Source: Candidatus Sumerlaeaceae bacterium
GTDB taxonomy: Bacteria; Sumerlaeota; Sumerlaeia; Sumerlaeales; Sumerlaeaceae
Length of the DNA stretch: 39,451 bases
Assembly (NCBI GenBank): GCA_049968255.1
Contig: JBMFRB010000014.1
Span: 1-39,451 of the forward strand
Reading direction: 5' to 3'
This document shows, one piece after another, positions 19,280 to 27,005 of the stretch. A program made the position numbers and the translations under genes. The notes beneath the pieces are model-generated. The model did no database searches. It was not told where the DNA came from and saw only the letters and a list, made by a program, of their open reading frames with translations. Position 1 is the stretch's first letter. The number at the start of each line of letters is the position of its first letter.

Positions 19280-19675
19280 CGTGTGTACGACCTCATCTTT
19301 TGAGCAGCTTTAGCCAGGTTTCTATGCGGAGGCGGCAAGACGAAGTGAAGCAAATCTTTTGCCTAAAGTGGCGCGAGACGGACTTTTGTGTAAGTGCAGG
19401 AAGGGACCAAAACGGAATGCTCCTATGGTCCAAACCGCGACAGTTTCGGCACGGGCTCAAGCACGGGGGGTAGGCGAAGAAATCGGTTGTTGGCCGAGGC
19501 ACTGTGCTTCGCCCCAGGCAAAGGCGTTGCATGGGGCAGAGCCGGAGCGGCAAGAAGGCGCTGACGAGCTATCTCCATACGAAAAAGCAAGGCCTGACAA
19601 GGGAGCACATAAAAATTTTCGCGTGGGGATAGGGTACATACAGGACGATATCAGTCTAATTTTTCGAGGTGGTTT

Positions 19676-19987
19676 ATGCCGCAGGCAGTCAAGGTTGCAA
19701 AGCATGGCGAGCTCAAGCCTGGGGAAGGCAAAGCGGTGGAGGTGAACAACGTTGCCGTTGCCTTATTCTATGTCGATGGGAAATACTTTGCGGTGGCGGA
19801 TTCTTGTTGCCATCGTGGTGGGCCTTTGAGTGAGGGCACGGTCGACGGCTTGGCTGTTGCATGTCCGTGGCACGGATGGGAGTTCGATTTGGCAACAGGT
19901 GCGTGTCTGACAAACCCGGGCGCTAAGCAGCCTGTTTTTGAGGTCAAGCTCGAGGGCGAGGATGTCCTCGTGGTGTTGCCCGACTAA
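19676..19987 (+). CDS. Rieske [2Fe-2S] ferredoxin
   Basis: CCHRGGPL and CPWHGWEFD; GAGGT RBS. Confidence 0.93.
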   Translation: MPQAVKVAKHGELKPGEGKAVEVNNVAVALFYVDGKYFAVADSCCHRGGPLSEGTVDGLAVACPWHGWEFDLATGACLTNPGAKQPVFEVKLEGEDVLVVLPD

Positions 19988-20018
19988 TCTGCTTGGCGTC
20001 GGCGAACCAGAAGTGGCG

Positions 20019-20393
20019 CTAGTCAAGTTCTTGGAATGCAGGCGCTTCGATAGCGACCACGTCACCCACTACGCGAACATTGAGGCGGCGCAAGTGAGCA
20101 CCGCAACAGGGGCCGGCGACGCATTTTCCTGTCGCGGGTTCAAAGATGGCACCGTGATTGCGGCACACGAGCCACTGCTTATCCTCGTCGAAGAACTCGC
20201 CGTCGCCGTAATCTAGGGAAAGCGGGAGATGCGGGCAGCGGTTGAGATACGCGAGGACTTTGCCCGCGAAGCGGATGGCGAAGCCGTCGAGCATGTAGCC
20301 ACTTGCGTCGCGGAACGAAAACGTTTTTGTGGCACCGTCAGTTTCGAGCTCTGCCAGCCTTGCCACAGGGATCCATGGGGGCGAGAGGGTCAT
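20019..20393 (-). CDS. Rieske [2Fe-2S] domain protein
   Basis: YLNRCPHL and LVCRNHGAIFEPATGKCVAGPC; ATGA overlap with the upstream gene. Confidence 0.9.
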   Translation of the reverse strand: MTLSPPWIPVARLAELETDGATKTFSFRDASGYMLDGFAIRFAGKVLAYLNRCPHLPLSLDYGDGEFFDEDKQWLVCRNHGAIFEPATGKCVAGPCCGAHLRRLNVRVVGDVVAIEAPAFQELD

Positions 20394-20980
20394 GATTTGT
20401 AGCGATCCTCTGCACGGCGCTTATAGCGACGTCGGTCGCGTCCGCCAAAGCGCCGGTTGCGGTAGATGAGTTCGACGCGCAAGCGCCTGTCTGAGACGTT
20501 GCGACGTCGGTCTTTTCCCGAGCGCCGATCCGGCCCCACGTAAGTCGGCGTCACGATCAGGGGGCGTTCGTTGGCCTGTTGTGGCGCGCCTGAGGGATCG
20601 GATTGATTCGGTGCTTCGTTTGTCTGAGCTTTTTTCGGCAGCGCAACCGGCGAGGCCCCACTTGCTGTCGGAGATGCCGCGGTTTGGGGCACGGTCCGTG
20701 CGCGCGTATCGCCGACGAGGCGACTCAGGAGTTGCTCGCCTTTTGCGGTCTCGACCTCGGCAGGCGTCATTTGCGAGCGGATGACTTTGAGGAAGAGAGC
20801 AATGCCATACTGAAAAAGAAAGGCCCGCAGTGCTTCGTGCTGCGACACGAGCGTGAAGGCGGAAGGGAGATTAAGTCGCTTGAGCAGGGGGGCAATATCT
20901 CCGCACTTTGCCATGCACTGACGCACTTCGTTCACGACATCCTGACCGAACGCCCCGTAAAGCTCTTCGATGGTTTTCAT
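20390..20980 (-). CDS. Hypothetical protein with C-terminal YVGPDRR / poly-DRR arginine-rich tail
   Basis: Start MKTIEELY at 20980 after an AAGGA RBS; the longer ORF overlaps moaE in another frame. Helical N-domain, Ala/Pro/Ser linker, Arg-rich tail; stop overlaps the Rieske start. Confidence 0.75.
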   Translation of the reverse strand: MKTIEELYGAFGQDVVNEVRQCMAKCGDIAPLLKRLNLPSAFTLVSQHEALRAFLFQYGIALFLKVIRSQMTPAEVETAKGEQLLSRLVGDTRARTVPQTAASPTASGASPVALPKKAQTNEAPNQSDPSGAPQQANERPLIVTPTYVGPDRRSGKDRRRNVSDRRLRVELIYRNRRFGGRDRRRYKRRAEDRYKS

Positions 20981-21035
20981 GTTGAATAGTCCTTCCCCGA
21001 TCTGTGGCAAGTTTAGTTTCCGAGCAGCCAGAGTG

Positions 21036-21455
21036 TCAAGCCATGGGTGATTTCCAAATTGGGACGTGGGCTTTGAGCTCAGCGATGATGGCCTGGCAGG
21101 CCTCGAAGGCGGGAGTGCGATGATCAGCAGCCACGTAGATAGCCACGACTGTTTCGCCAGCAGGGACGAAGCCCGTGCGGTGGGCGCAGGCCACCCGTGT
21201 GACAGGAAAGCGCGCAGCCGTTTGCGCAACGATGCGGTGCAGTTCGCGCTCGGCGAGCGTGTCGTGCCATTCATAATCAAGTCCCGAAATCGGTGCGCCG
21301 TTTTCCAGCGGCCGGACAACGCCATGGAAGCTCACGAGTGCTCCATGCGGCTCGGCGGTGGCAAAGCGAACGAGCTCTTCTGAATTCAAAACAACACCGG
21401 GGGCCAACAATTGGCAGAGAATAGCGGGGTGGAAGGTGATATGAAGGGGTGCCAT
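21036..21455 (-). CDS. moaE: Molybdopterin synthase catalytic subunit
   Basis: GALVSFHGVVR, LDYE, AHRTG, HRTPAFEAC..II.ELKAHVPIWK; start 21455 after GGAGGA. Confidence 0.9.
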   Translation of the reverse strand: MAPLHITFHPAILCQLLAPGVVLNSEELVRFATAEPHGALVSFHGVVRPLENGAPISGLDYEWHDTLAERELHRIVAQTAARFPVTRVACAHRTGFVPAGETVVAIYVAADHRTPAFEACQAIIAELKAHVPIWKSPMA

Positions 21456-21459
21456 GGCC

Positions 21460-21714
21460 TCATCCTCCGCTAAATGGCGGCATGAGGTCGAGTGTGTCAC
21501 CGTCGCTTAGCGCAGTATCGGCGGTGGCAAACTCGCCGTTTTTCGCGAAACGTAGCGTAGGGAGTAGTTCGGACATTTGCGGATGTGCACTGCTCAGTTG
21601 CGTGACCACGAACGCGATGGTTGGCGGCGTGTGCGATGACTCGACATCGATGATTTTTTCTGGCGTTCCCACAATGTGGCGTAGGCGCTGATAAACTCGC
21701 ACGCGGATCTTCAC
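21460..21714 (-). CDS. moaD: MoaD/ThiS sulfur carrier
   Basis: 84 aa, AKNGEF..LSDGDTLDLMPPFSGG with C-terminal GG; adjacent to moaE; GTGA overlap with upstream gene. Confidence 0.92.
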   Translation of the reverse strand: MKIRVRVYQRLRHIVGTPEKIIDVESSHTPPTIAFVVTQLSSAHPQMSELLPTLRFAKNGEFATADTALSDGDTLDLMPPFSGG

Positions 21715-22562
21715 TGGGCCGAGACCTCGCTTGGGCAGATTGCGGCGTTTTGGCCGGTTCTGGAATCCAGGCCAAGCTGTCGGCGGAATGTCAGTATGGC
21801 GGAACGCAGCTCTTCGAGGTCAATGAAAGCACCTTTGCACGGACCGACCGGCCGCTTATTGGCGATGCCAAGGACGGGCAGGCGATAACCTACGTCGCGA
21901 ATTCCAGTCACAAGATCTCGCTCGCAGGCAATGCCAATGATGGCGGCTGGCTTGAGCTGAACAATTTTTTGGCGAGCGAGAGCGCCATTAGGGGCGACGT
22001 AAAAATCGCAGTCATAAGCAGCCACAAGGCCACGAATTTCGTCAATATTTGAGCGCTCGATGCAGCGTGGCGCGAGGCACAAAATGCGGCCATTCGATTC
22101 GATGCGGCGGCGATGAGCCGAGAGTGCATTGTGGACTTCGACGAGCGAATAACCGAGGCGATCTTTTGAGATGCCGAAAAGTTTCGCAAAGCGTTCGAGC
22201 CAGGTGAACCGAACGAACAATTGGTGTACCACTTTCTCTGCGAGGACGAGTGGCCAGCCGGTGACCATGGCGAGTGCGACGCAGCCAAGTGCGCCGAAGG
22301 CTAAGACAGCGCCGCCAGCAAGCAGGCCTGCAAGAGTGGGCACAATCGCCGGATGAAGGGTTTCGAGGCGGGGGGTCACAGCCCACAGCACAAGCCCGCA
22401 GAAGAGCACTACGGCGAAAAGCTCGGCGGCGGCCAAGAGCAGCGCTAGCCGTCTGGGTTCGCGAATGAAGCCTTCGTGGGCGTCAATATCCCCATCCCAG
22501 CCATACCACTCGTGGCCGAGTTTGCGATCGGTCAGGTTCTGCTCAAATTTTGGCTGCGTCAT
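21711..22562 (-). CDS. DUF116-family membrane protein
   Basis: Two TM helices, then LAPRCI, VAPNGALAR, AIIGIACERDLVTGI, N..P.GPC. Confidence 0.8.
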   Translation of the reverse strand: MTQPKFEQNLTDRKLGHEWYGWDGDIDAHEGFIREPRRLALLLAAAELFAVVLFCGLVLWAVTPRLETLHPAIVPTLAGLLAGGAVLAFGALGCVALAMVTGWPLVLAEKVVHQLFVRFTWLERFAKLFGISKDRLGYSLVEVHNALSAHRRRIESNGRILCLAPRCIERSNIDEIRGLVAAYDCDFYVAPNGALARQKIVQLKPAAIIGIACERDLVTGIRDVGYRLPVLGIANKRPVGPCKGAFIDLEELRSAILTFRRQLGLDSRTGQNAAICPSEVSAQ

Positions 22563-22708
22563 GCTGTGAGCTCCACGTGCGAGAAAGAGTACCGAATCTT
22601 GTCTGTTTTATCACCGTAGCTCTATCTTCTTCATTTTCCATGTTCGTTCTCTCTCTGACAACTGCGGGTTATAACCGAGAGCAGAGGCTGCATCATGTCA
22701 AGCCGAGC

Positions 22709-22753
22709 AAAAAACAAATAACCGGCGTGGCCTGGTGCGCGAGGCCACGCCGG
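22709..22753 (-). terminator. Intrinsic terminator after the CBM48-Trx gene
   Basis: Perfect 12-bp stem CCGGCGTGGCCT 22722-22733 / AGGCCACGCCGG 22742-22753, then TTATTTGTTTTTT on the - strand. Confidence 0.88.
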
Positions 22754-22777
22754 CGTTTGGGAGGGGTAAGGGGCCGC

Positions 22778-23569
22778 CTACTTTAGTTTTTCGGCGAGCT
22801 CTGTGGGGGAAACTTTTTGCATGAACTGCATCATTGGTGCGCCTTTGGGGTCATAGATGTTGATGACACCCGCGCGAAAGACACCGAGCTGGTAAGCCAA
22901 CTTGTTTTGCTCCATAAAATTCACGCGCACAAGCACATATTTGTCTTTGAGCAAAGCGGCGACCTCTGGCGATTCGAGCACCTGCTCAAAATAATCACTC
23001 ATTTTGCTGCCGCGCATGAAGAAGAAAAGAAGGATGCGTTTGCCCTGCTCAGCGGCGCGTTTTTGTGCGGCAGGAATGCTCGTCAGCCATTCCAGCGTTG
23101 AGGAGGTTTTGGCTGCAGCCGCTTGGGTGAGCGCGGGTGGGATGGCTGTGGGGGCGGGAACATTTTTCCCTAGGCGCAGCACGTTATTTTTGCTGCCTAG
23201 GCCGTTATCGACGCGATCCATGTTGAGCGGATCAAGAACCCATTCCGCCCCTTCTTCCACGAACTTATACTCGTGCAATCCTTGGGGGAGATTCACTGTG
23301 ATGAGGAAGAGATTTCCGTAGCGCTTCATCTCGTCCTTGTTGGTGGCCCAATCGTTGAAGGTCCCCGAGAGAAAAACCTGCTTCGCGGCGGACTGATATT
23401 TGAATGTCACGTCGTAAGTGCCGTCGGGGCGAGGGCGGATATCCACGGAAGGCGGCGGGGTGTAAACGGGGGCGGCGGATTGAGCGAGCGCGGACGTTAC
23501 GCTTAGCAAGCAAGCAACCACCGTCGTCGCGAGGCCTAGGAACTTTATGCCCCTCGAAAACTGCACCAT
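22778..23569 (-). CDS. Secreted CBM48/AMPK-beta glycogen-binding-like domain + Cys-free thioredoxin-like domain
   Basis: Signal peptide ending SALA; AKQVFLSGTFNDW, LPQGLHEYKFV, WVLDPLN, NNVL; C-domain W...AQ.RA...KRILLFF. ATG 23569 after AAGGGGA. Confidence 0.82.
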   Translation of the reverse strand: MVQFSRGIKFLGLATTVVACLLSVTSALAQSAAPVYTPPPSVDIRPRPDGTYDVTFKYQSAAKQVFLSGTFNDWATNKDEMKRYGNLFLITVNLPQGLHEYKFVEEGAEWVLDPLNMDRVDNGLGSKNNVLRLGKNVPAPTAIPPALTQAAAAKTSSTLEWLTSIPAAQKRAAEQGKRILLFFFMRGSKMSDYFEQVLESPEVAALLKDKYVLVRVNFMEQNKLAYQLGVFRAGVINIYDPKGAPMMQFMQKVSPTELAEKLK

Positions 23570-23825
23570 GTTATTTCCCCTTATCATTAGAACGTTCCAA
23601 AAATTCGAAGAAAATGATAGCCCCTGTCAAGAGGCTTTTTTGAAAAAAGTAAAAGTAGTCGGGAAGACGCCGAGAATTCTGAAGCATGTTCCACTCGCTT
23701 CACAGGCGCCAGGAACAGGGCATTGTGCTGCAGCCAACAAAGAAACATTGTGTTCATTGGTCTCCTCGCTTGCGACAAATCAGGGCAGAGCGCAACGCTG
23801 GCGCCAAGCGTCCGACGTCGATTGG

Positions 23826-24848
23826 TTATTGCACCTTCAGCTTTTCGGCTAGCTCGCTGGGCGTGAGCCGCTCATTGATCTGGAAGAGTGCATTTCCCTG
23901 GGAGTCGTAAACGTTGATGACGCCGGCTTTGAACACGCCGAGACTATAGGCCACTTTGGTATTTTCGAGGAAATTCAGTCGCGTAAGGACGTAGCTATTT
24001 TGCAGGATTGCTGCGACCTCGGGGCTAGCGAGATTTTTCTCGAGCAGCTGCGAGCGCTCGCTGGTTGGAGCGTAGAAGAACAGCAAGATGCGCTTGTTCG
24101 TTCCTGCAGCTGCGCGCTGAGCGTCTTGGATGTTTTCAAACCATTTCAGCTGGCCCACAACCGTTGGCGTTGCCTGTGGCTGAGGCGCGGCTCCACCCGC
24201 GGAAGGAGTGACGGTCGCTAGGGCCGCCTGCCCCGGATTCTCGAGTGGTTTTGAGGCGAATCGAATAGCGTCGGCATAGACCTGACCGTAATTTTTTGGT
24301 GAAACTGGACGAACGTCCTTGTCGACGCGCAATTCGACGTATTGATCATCGCCAGCGTTGAAGTCGTAATCGCCAATCAGTACCCACGTGTTGGCATTAC
24401 TGATGCCAGTCCCACCGCCCCCCCATCCGTCCTGGGTGAGCTCTTTTGTATCCGTCCCCTTGGCATGCTTCACGATGTATTTCACGGGTGTGGCGTTGGC
24501 GGCGCGGGGCCATGTCGCATAAACATAGTAATGGCCGGGAGTGCTGAAGCGCGGATAAAATCTTGCCGCGGCGGGCTCGGGATTGCCTTTGTCGTCCGGG
24601 GCGTCCGGCGTGCCGGCGGAGAACAGGTACTTACGGGTGCCGCACTTGTTGCCGTCGGTGCATCCCGGAGCACGGCTCTTTGCCGTCGCTGGCGGCACTT
24701 TGCTGTCCATCCATTTGCCTTCGAGTTCTTCGTAGTGATCAGAGTTTTGTCCCTCTTTTTGAGTTTCGATGATGAGATCTTGTCCTCGCAGCGTCGTGGC
24801 ACCGAAGAGCACCACGAGCGCAGCAAGCCACCGCGCACCGTTTTTCAT
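23826..24848 (-). CDS. Secreted Golvesin/Xly-CBD-like domain + Cys-free thioredoxin-like domain
   Basis: Signal peptide MKNGARW...LRG; PGHYYVYATWP, WVLIGDYDF, VYADAIRF; C-domain paralogous to that of 22778-23569. ATG 24848 after GAGGTG. Confidence 0.82.
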   Translation of the reverse strand: MKNGARWLAALVVLFGATTLRGQDLIIETQKEGQNSDHYEELEGKWMDSKVPPATAKSRAPGCTDGNKCGTRKYLFSAGTPDAPDDKGNPEPAAARFYPRFSTPGHYYVYATWPRAANATPVKYIVKHAKGTDTKELTQDGWGGGGTGISNANTWVLIGDYDFNAGDDQYVELRVDKDVRPVSPKNYGQVYADAIRFASKPLENPGQAALATVTPSAGGAAPQPQATPTVVGQLKWFENIQDAQRAAAGTNKRILLFFYAPTSERSQLLEKNLASPEVAAILQNSYVLTRLNFLENTKVAYSLGVFKAGVINVYDSQGNALFQINERLTPSELAEKLKVQ

Positions 24849-25032
24849 GAGAAACACCTCATACCCATCCATTGTATGACCAAGTGACGTTCTTTGTCAC
24901 AATGTTGCTACGTGACAAGGGTTTGCTTAGTGTGCGGTGTGCGGGCAAGAGAAATTTTTTTTCTTGTCATTTCTATTGCGCGCATTCGCTTGACATGGAT
25001 TTGATGCTGTCCGTGGAGTGCCGAACTGACTT

Positions 25033-26022
25033 ATGAAAATCATCGAGACAAAGAAGCTTTCTAAGGTCTACACGCACGATTTTATTGACGTCGAGCATGG
25101 GCGCCTGAAGTTCAATTTTTTCCGGCGGACCGTGGCGCTCGACAGCCTCGATCTTGAGGTCAACGAAGGCGAAATTTTTGGGCTGCTCGGTCCAAACGGG
25201 GCGGGCAAGTCGACGACCATTAAGATTCTCATGGGGATTATCTTTCCGACGGGTGGCTCGGCGCGGATTATGGAGAGGCCGCTCGGCGACAAGCAGGTGA
25301 AGGCCAAGATTGGTTTTCTTCCGGAGAACCCCGCTTTCTACGATTATCTCAAGGGCGAGGAGTTTCTCGATTATTACGGCCAGCTCTATGGGATGCCGCG
25401 CGCGCTGCGCCGCAAACGCATCGAGGAGCTGTTCGAGCTTGTGGGGCTACCTGATCACGCCCCGAATTTGCCGCTCAAGGGCTACTCGAAAGGCATGATT
25501 CAGCGCATCGGCCTCGCGCAGGCTCTTCTCAACGATCCGAAGCTTGTGGTCCTGGACGAGCCGCAGTCGGGGCTCGATCCGCTGGGACGCAAAGAGATTC
25601 GCGACATCATTCTGCGACTCAAAGACCAGGGCAAAACAGTCTTTTTCAGCTCCCACATTCTTTCTGACGCAGAGCTGATTTGCGATCGTGTGGCAATTGT
25701 CAATCGCGGCCGGCTCGTGGCTATGGGCGAACTGAGCCACCTGCTGAGTCCAAAGATCAAGGAGTACGAGCTGGTGGCCAGCGGCTTATCGCGCGACAGT
25801 TTGGATGTGCTGGAGAAACACGCGCGCAAGTTTATCGAGAGGGAACGAGATGTGTTGATGATTTTGGAAAAGGAGGAGCTTGTGAAAGAGGCTTTGCGAC
25901 GCATTGTGGCGGAGAATGCGACGCTTGTCTCGCTTACTCCCCGCAAAGAAACACTGGAAGAATACTTCATTCGGGAGGTGGCGCGCACGAGTTCCCCGCG
26001 TGAGGAGGTTCGCGCACAATGA
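25033..26022 (+). CDS. ABC transporter ATP-binding protein, PilH/XapD-like
   Basis: GPNGAGKST, YSKGMIQR signature, VVLDEP.SGLDPLGR, FSSHILSD. Confidence 0.93.
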   Translation: MKIIETKKLSKVYTHDFIDVEHGRLKFNFFRRTVALDSLDLEVNEGEIFGLLGPNGAGKSTTIKILMGIIFPTGGSARIMERPLGDKQVKAKIGFLPENPAFYDYLKGEEFLDYYGQLYGMPRALRRKRIEELFELVGLPDHAPNLPLKGYSKGMIQRIGLAQALLNDPKLVVLDEPQSGLDPLGRKEIRDIILRLKDQGKTVFFSSHILSDAELICDRVAIVNRGRLVAMGELSHLLSPKIKEYELVASGLSRDSLDVLEKHARKFIERERDVLMILEKEELVKEALRRIVAENATLVSLTPRKETLEEYFIREVARTSSPREEVRAQ

Positions 26023-27002
26023 TGAAAGTTCTCGCAATTGCGCTCAATACTTTCAAAGAAGCGGTCCGCAACAAGGTCCTGTACTTTCTGCTGATTTTTG
26101 CGCTGCTCATCATGGGCTTTTCCGGCGTGATCAGCGACCTTTCCATTGCAGCTCCGGAAAAGCTGATCAAAGACCTGGGGCTAGCAGCGATTGATTTCTT
26201 TGGGTTCCTCATCGCGGTGTTTGTCGGCGTTTACCTCGTCTACACGGAGCTCGACAAGAAGACGATCTACACGATCGTCTCGAAGCCGATAGATCGTTAT
26301 CAATTTATCCTCGGCAAGTTCTTCGGCCTGCTCATCACGATCTACGTTAACATGCTCATCATGAGCATTTTCTTCTTTGCTGTGCTTTACTTTCGCGACG
26401 CCACGGATTTCGACAAGGTGATGAAGGCCATCTATCGCGAGGTCGCGCCGGGCAAGTTCGAGCCGATTGGCAATCCGCAGGTGCAATACTATTTGTATCA
26501 CTTGAAGCAGTTCATGATTGCGGTGGGTAAAGGCATTGCGACGGTTTTCGGCTATTCCGAACCGATCACGCATCATCTTATGCGTGTCATCGGCATGAGT
26601 GCCTTGGGGTTGGCCATCATCACGAGCTTTGCCATTCTCTATTCGACGTTCTCCACGCCGACGCTTAGTGCCGTGTTCACATTCCTCACGTGGATTATCG
26701 GCAGCTTGTGCGAGGACATTTTGCGCTATGCAGAGCGGCTGGCGCAGAAGGCCGGAGGGGTGCAGAACCTTGTCGGTCCGGATTTGTTGAAATACTGGTT
26801 TGCCCAGGTGGCCATGCATATTGTGCCGAACCTGGCGCTTTTCGACAAACGAACCGAAGCGGTGTACGGTCCATGGGACGTGGTCACGCCCAACATCCAC
26901 AACGTGCCCATTGATTGGGTGTCGGTGGTCTACGGGATTGTCTACGTGGCTGGTGTGATGTGCATGGCTTCGATGATCTTCAATCGGCGGAATTTCAAAT
27001 AA
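26019..27002 (+). CDS. ABC-2-type permease, PilI/XapB-like
   Basis: IALNTFKEAVRNKVLY, DLGL, ELDKKTIYTIVSKPIDRYQFILGKFFG, ending FNRRNFK; ATGA overlap with the ATPase. Confidence 0.88.
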   Translation: MMKVLAIALNTFKEAVRNKVLYFLLIFALLIMGFSGVISDLSIAAPEKLIKDLGLAAIDFFGFLIAVFVGVYLVYTELDKKTIYTIVSKPIDRYQFILGKFFGLLITIYVNMLIMSIFFFAVLYFRDATDFDKVMKAIYREVAPGKFEPIGNPQVQYYLYHLKQFMIAVGKGIATVFGYSEPITHHLMRVIGMSALGLAIITSFAILYSTFSTPTLSAVFTFLTWIIGSLCEDILRYAERLAQKAGGVQNLVGPDLLKYWFAQVAMHIVPNLALFDKRTEAVYGPWDVVTPNIHNVPIDWVSVVYGIVYVAGVMCMASMIFNRRNFK

Positions 27003-27005
27003 CCT

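Noticed and set aside
22563-22708. Moco riboswitch upstream of the moaD/moaE run
   Set aside because: Purine-rich, weakly structured leader without the motif's conserved elements.
22778-24149. Selenocysteine or recoding at the thioredoxin active site
   Set aside because: Both frames are open with ordinary Ser codons at these positions and no in-frame TGA.
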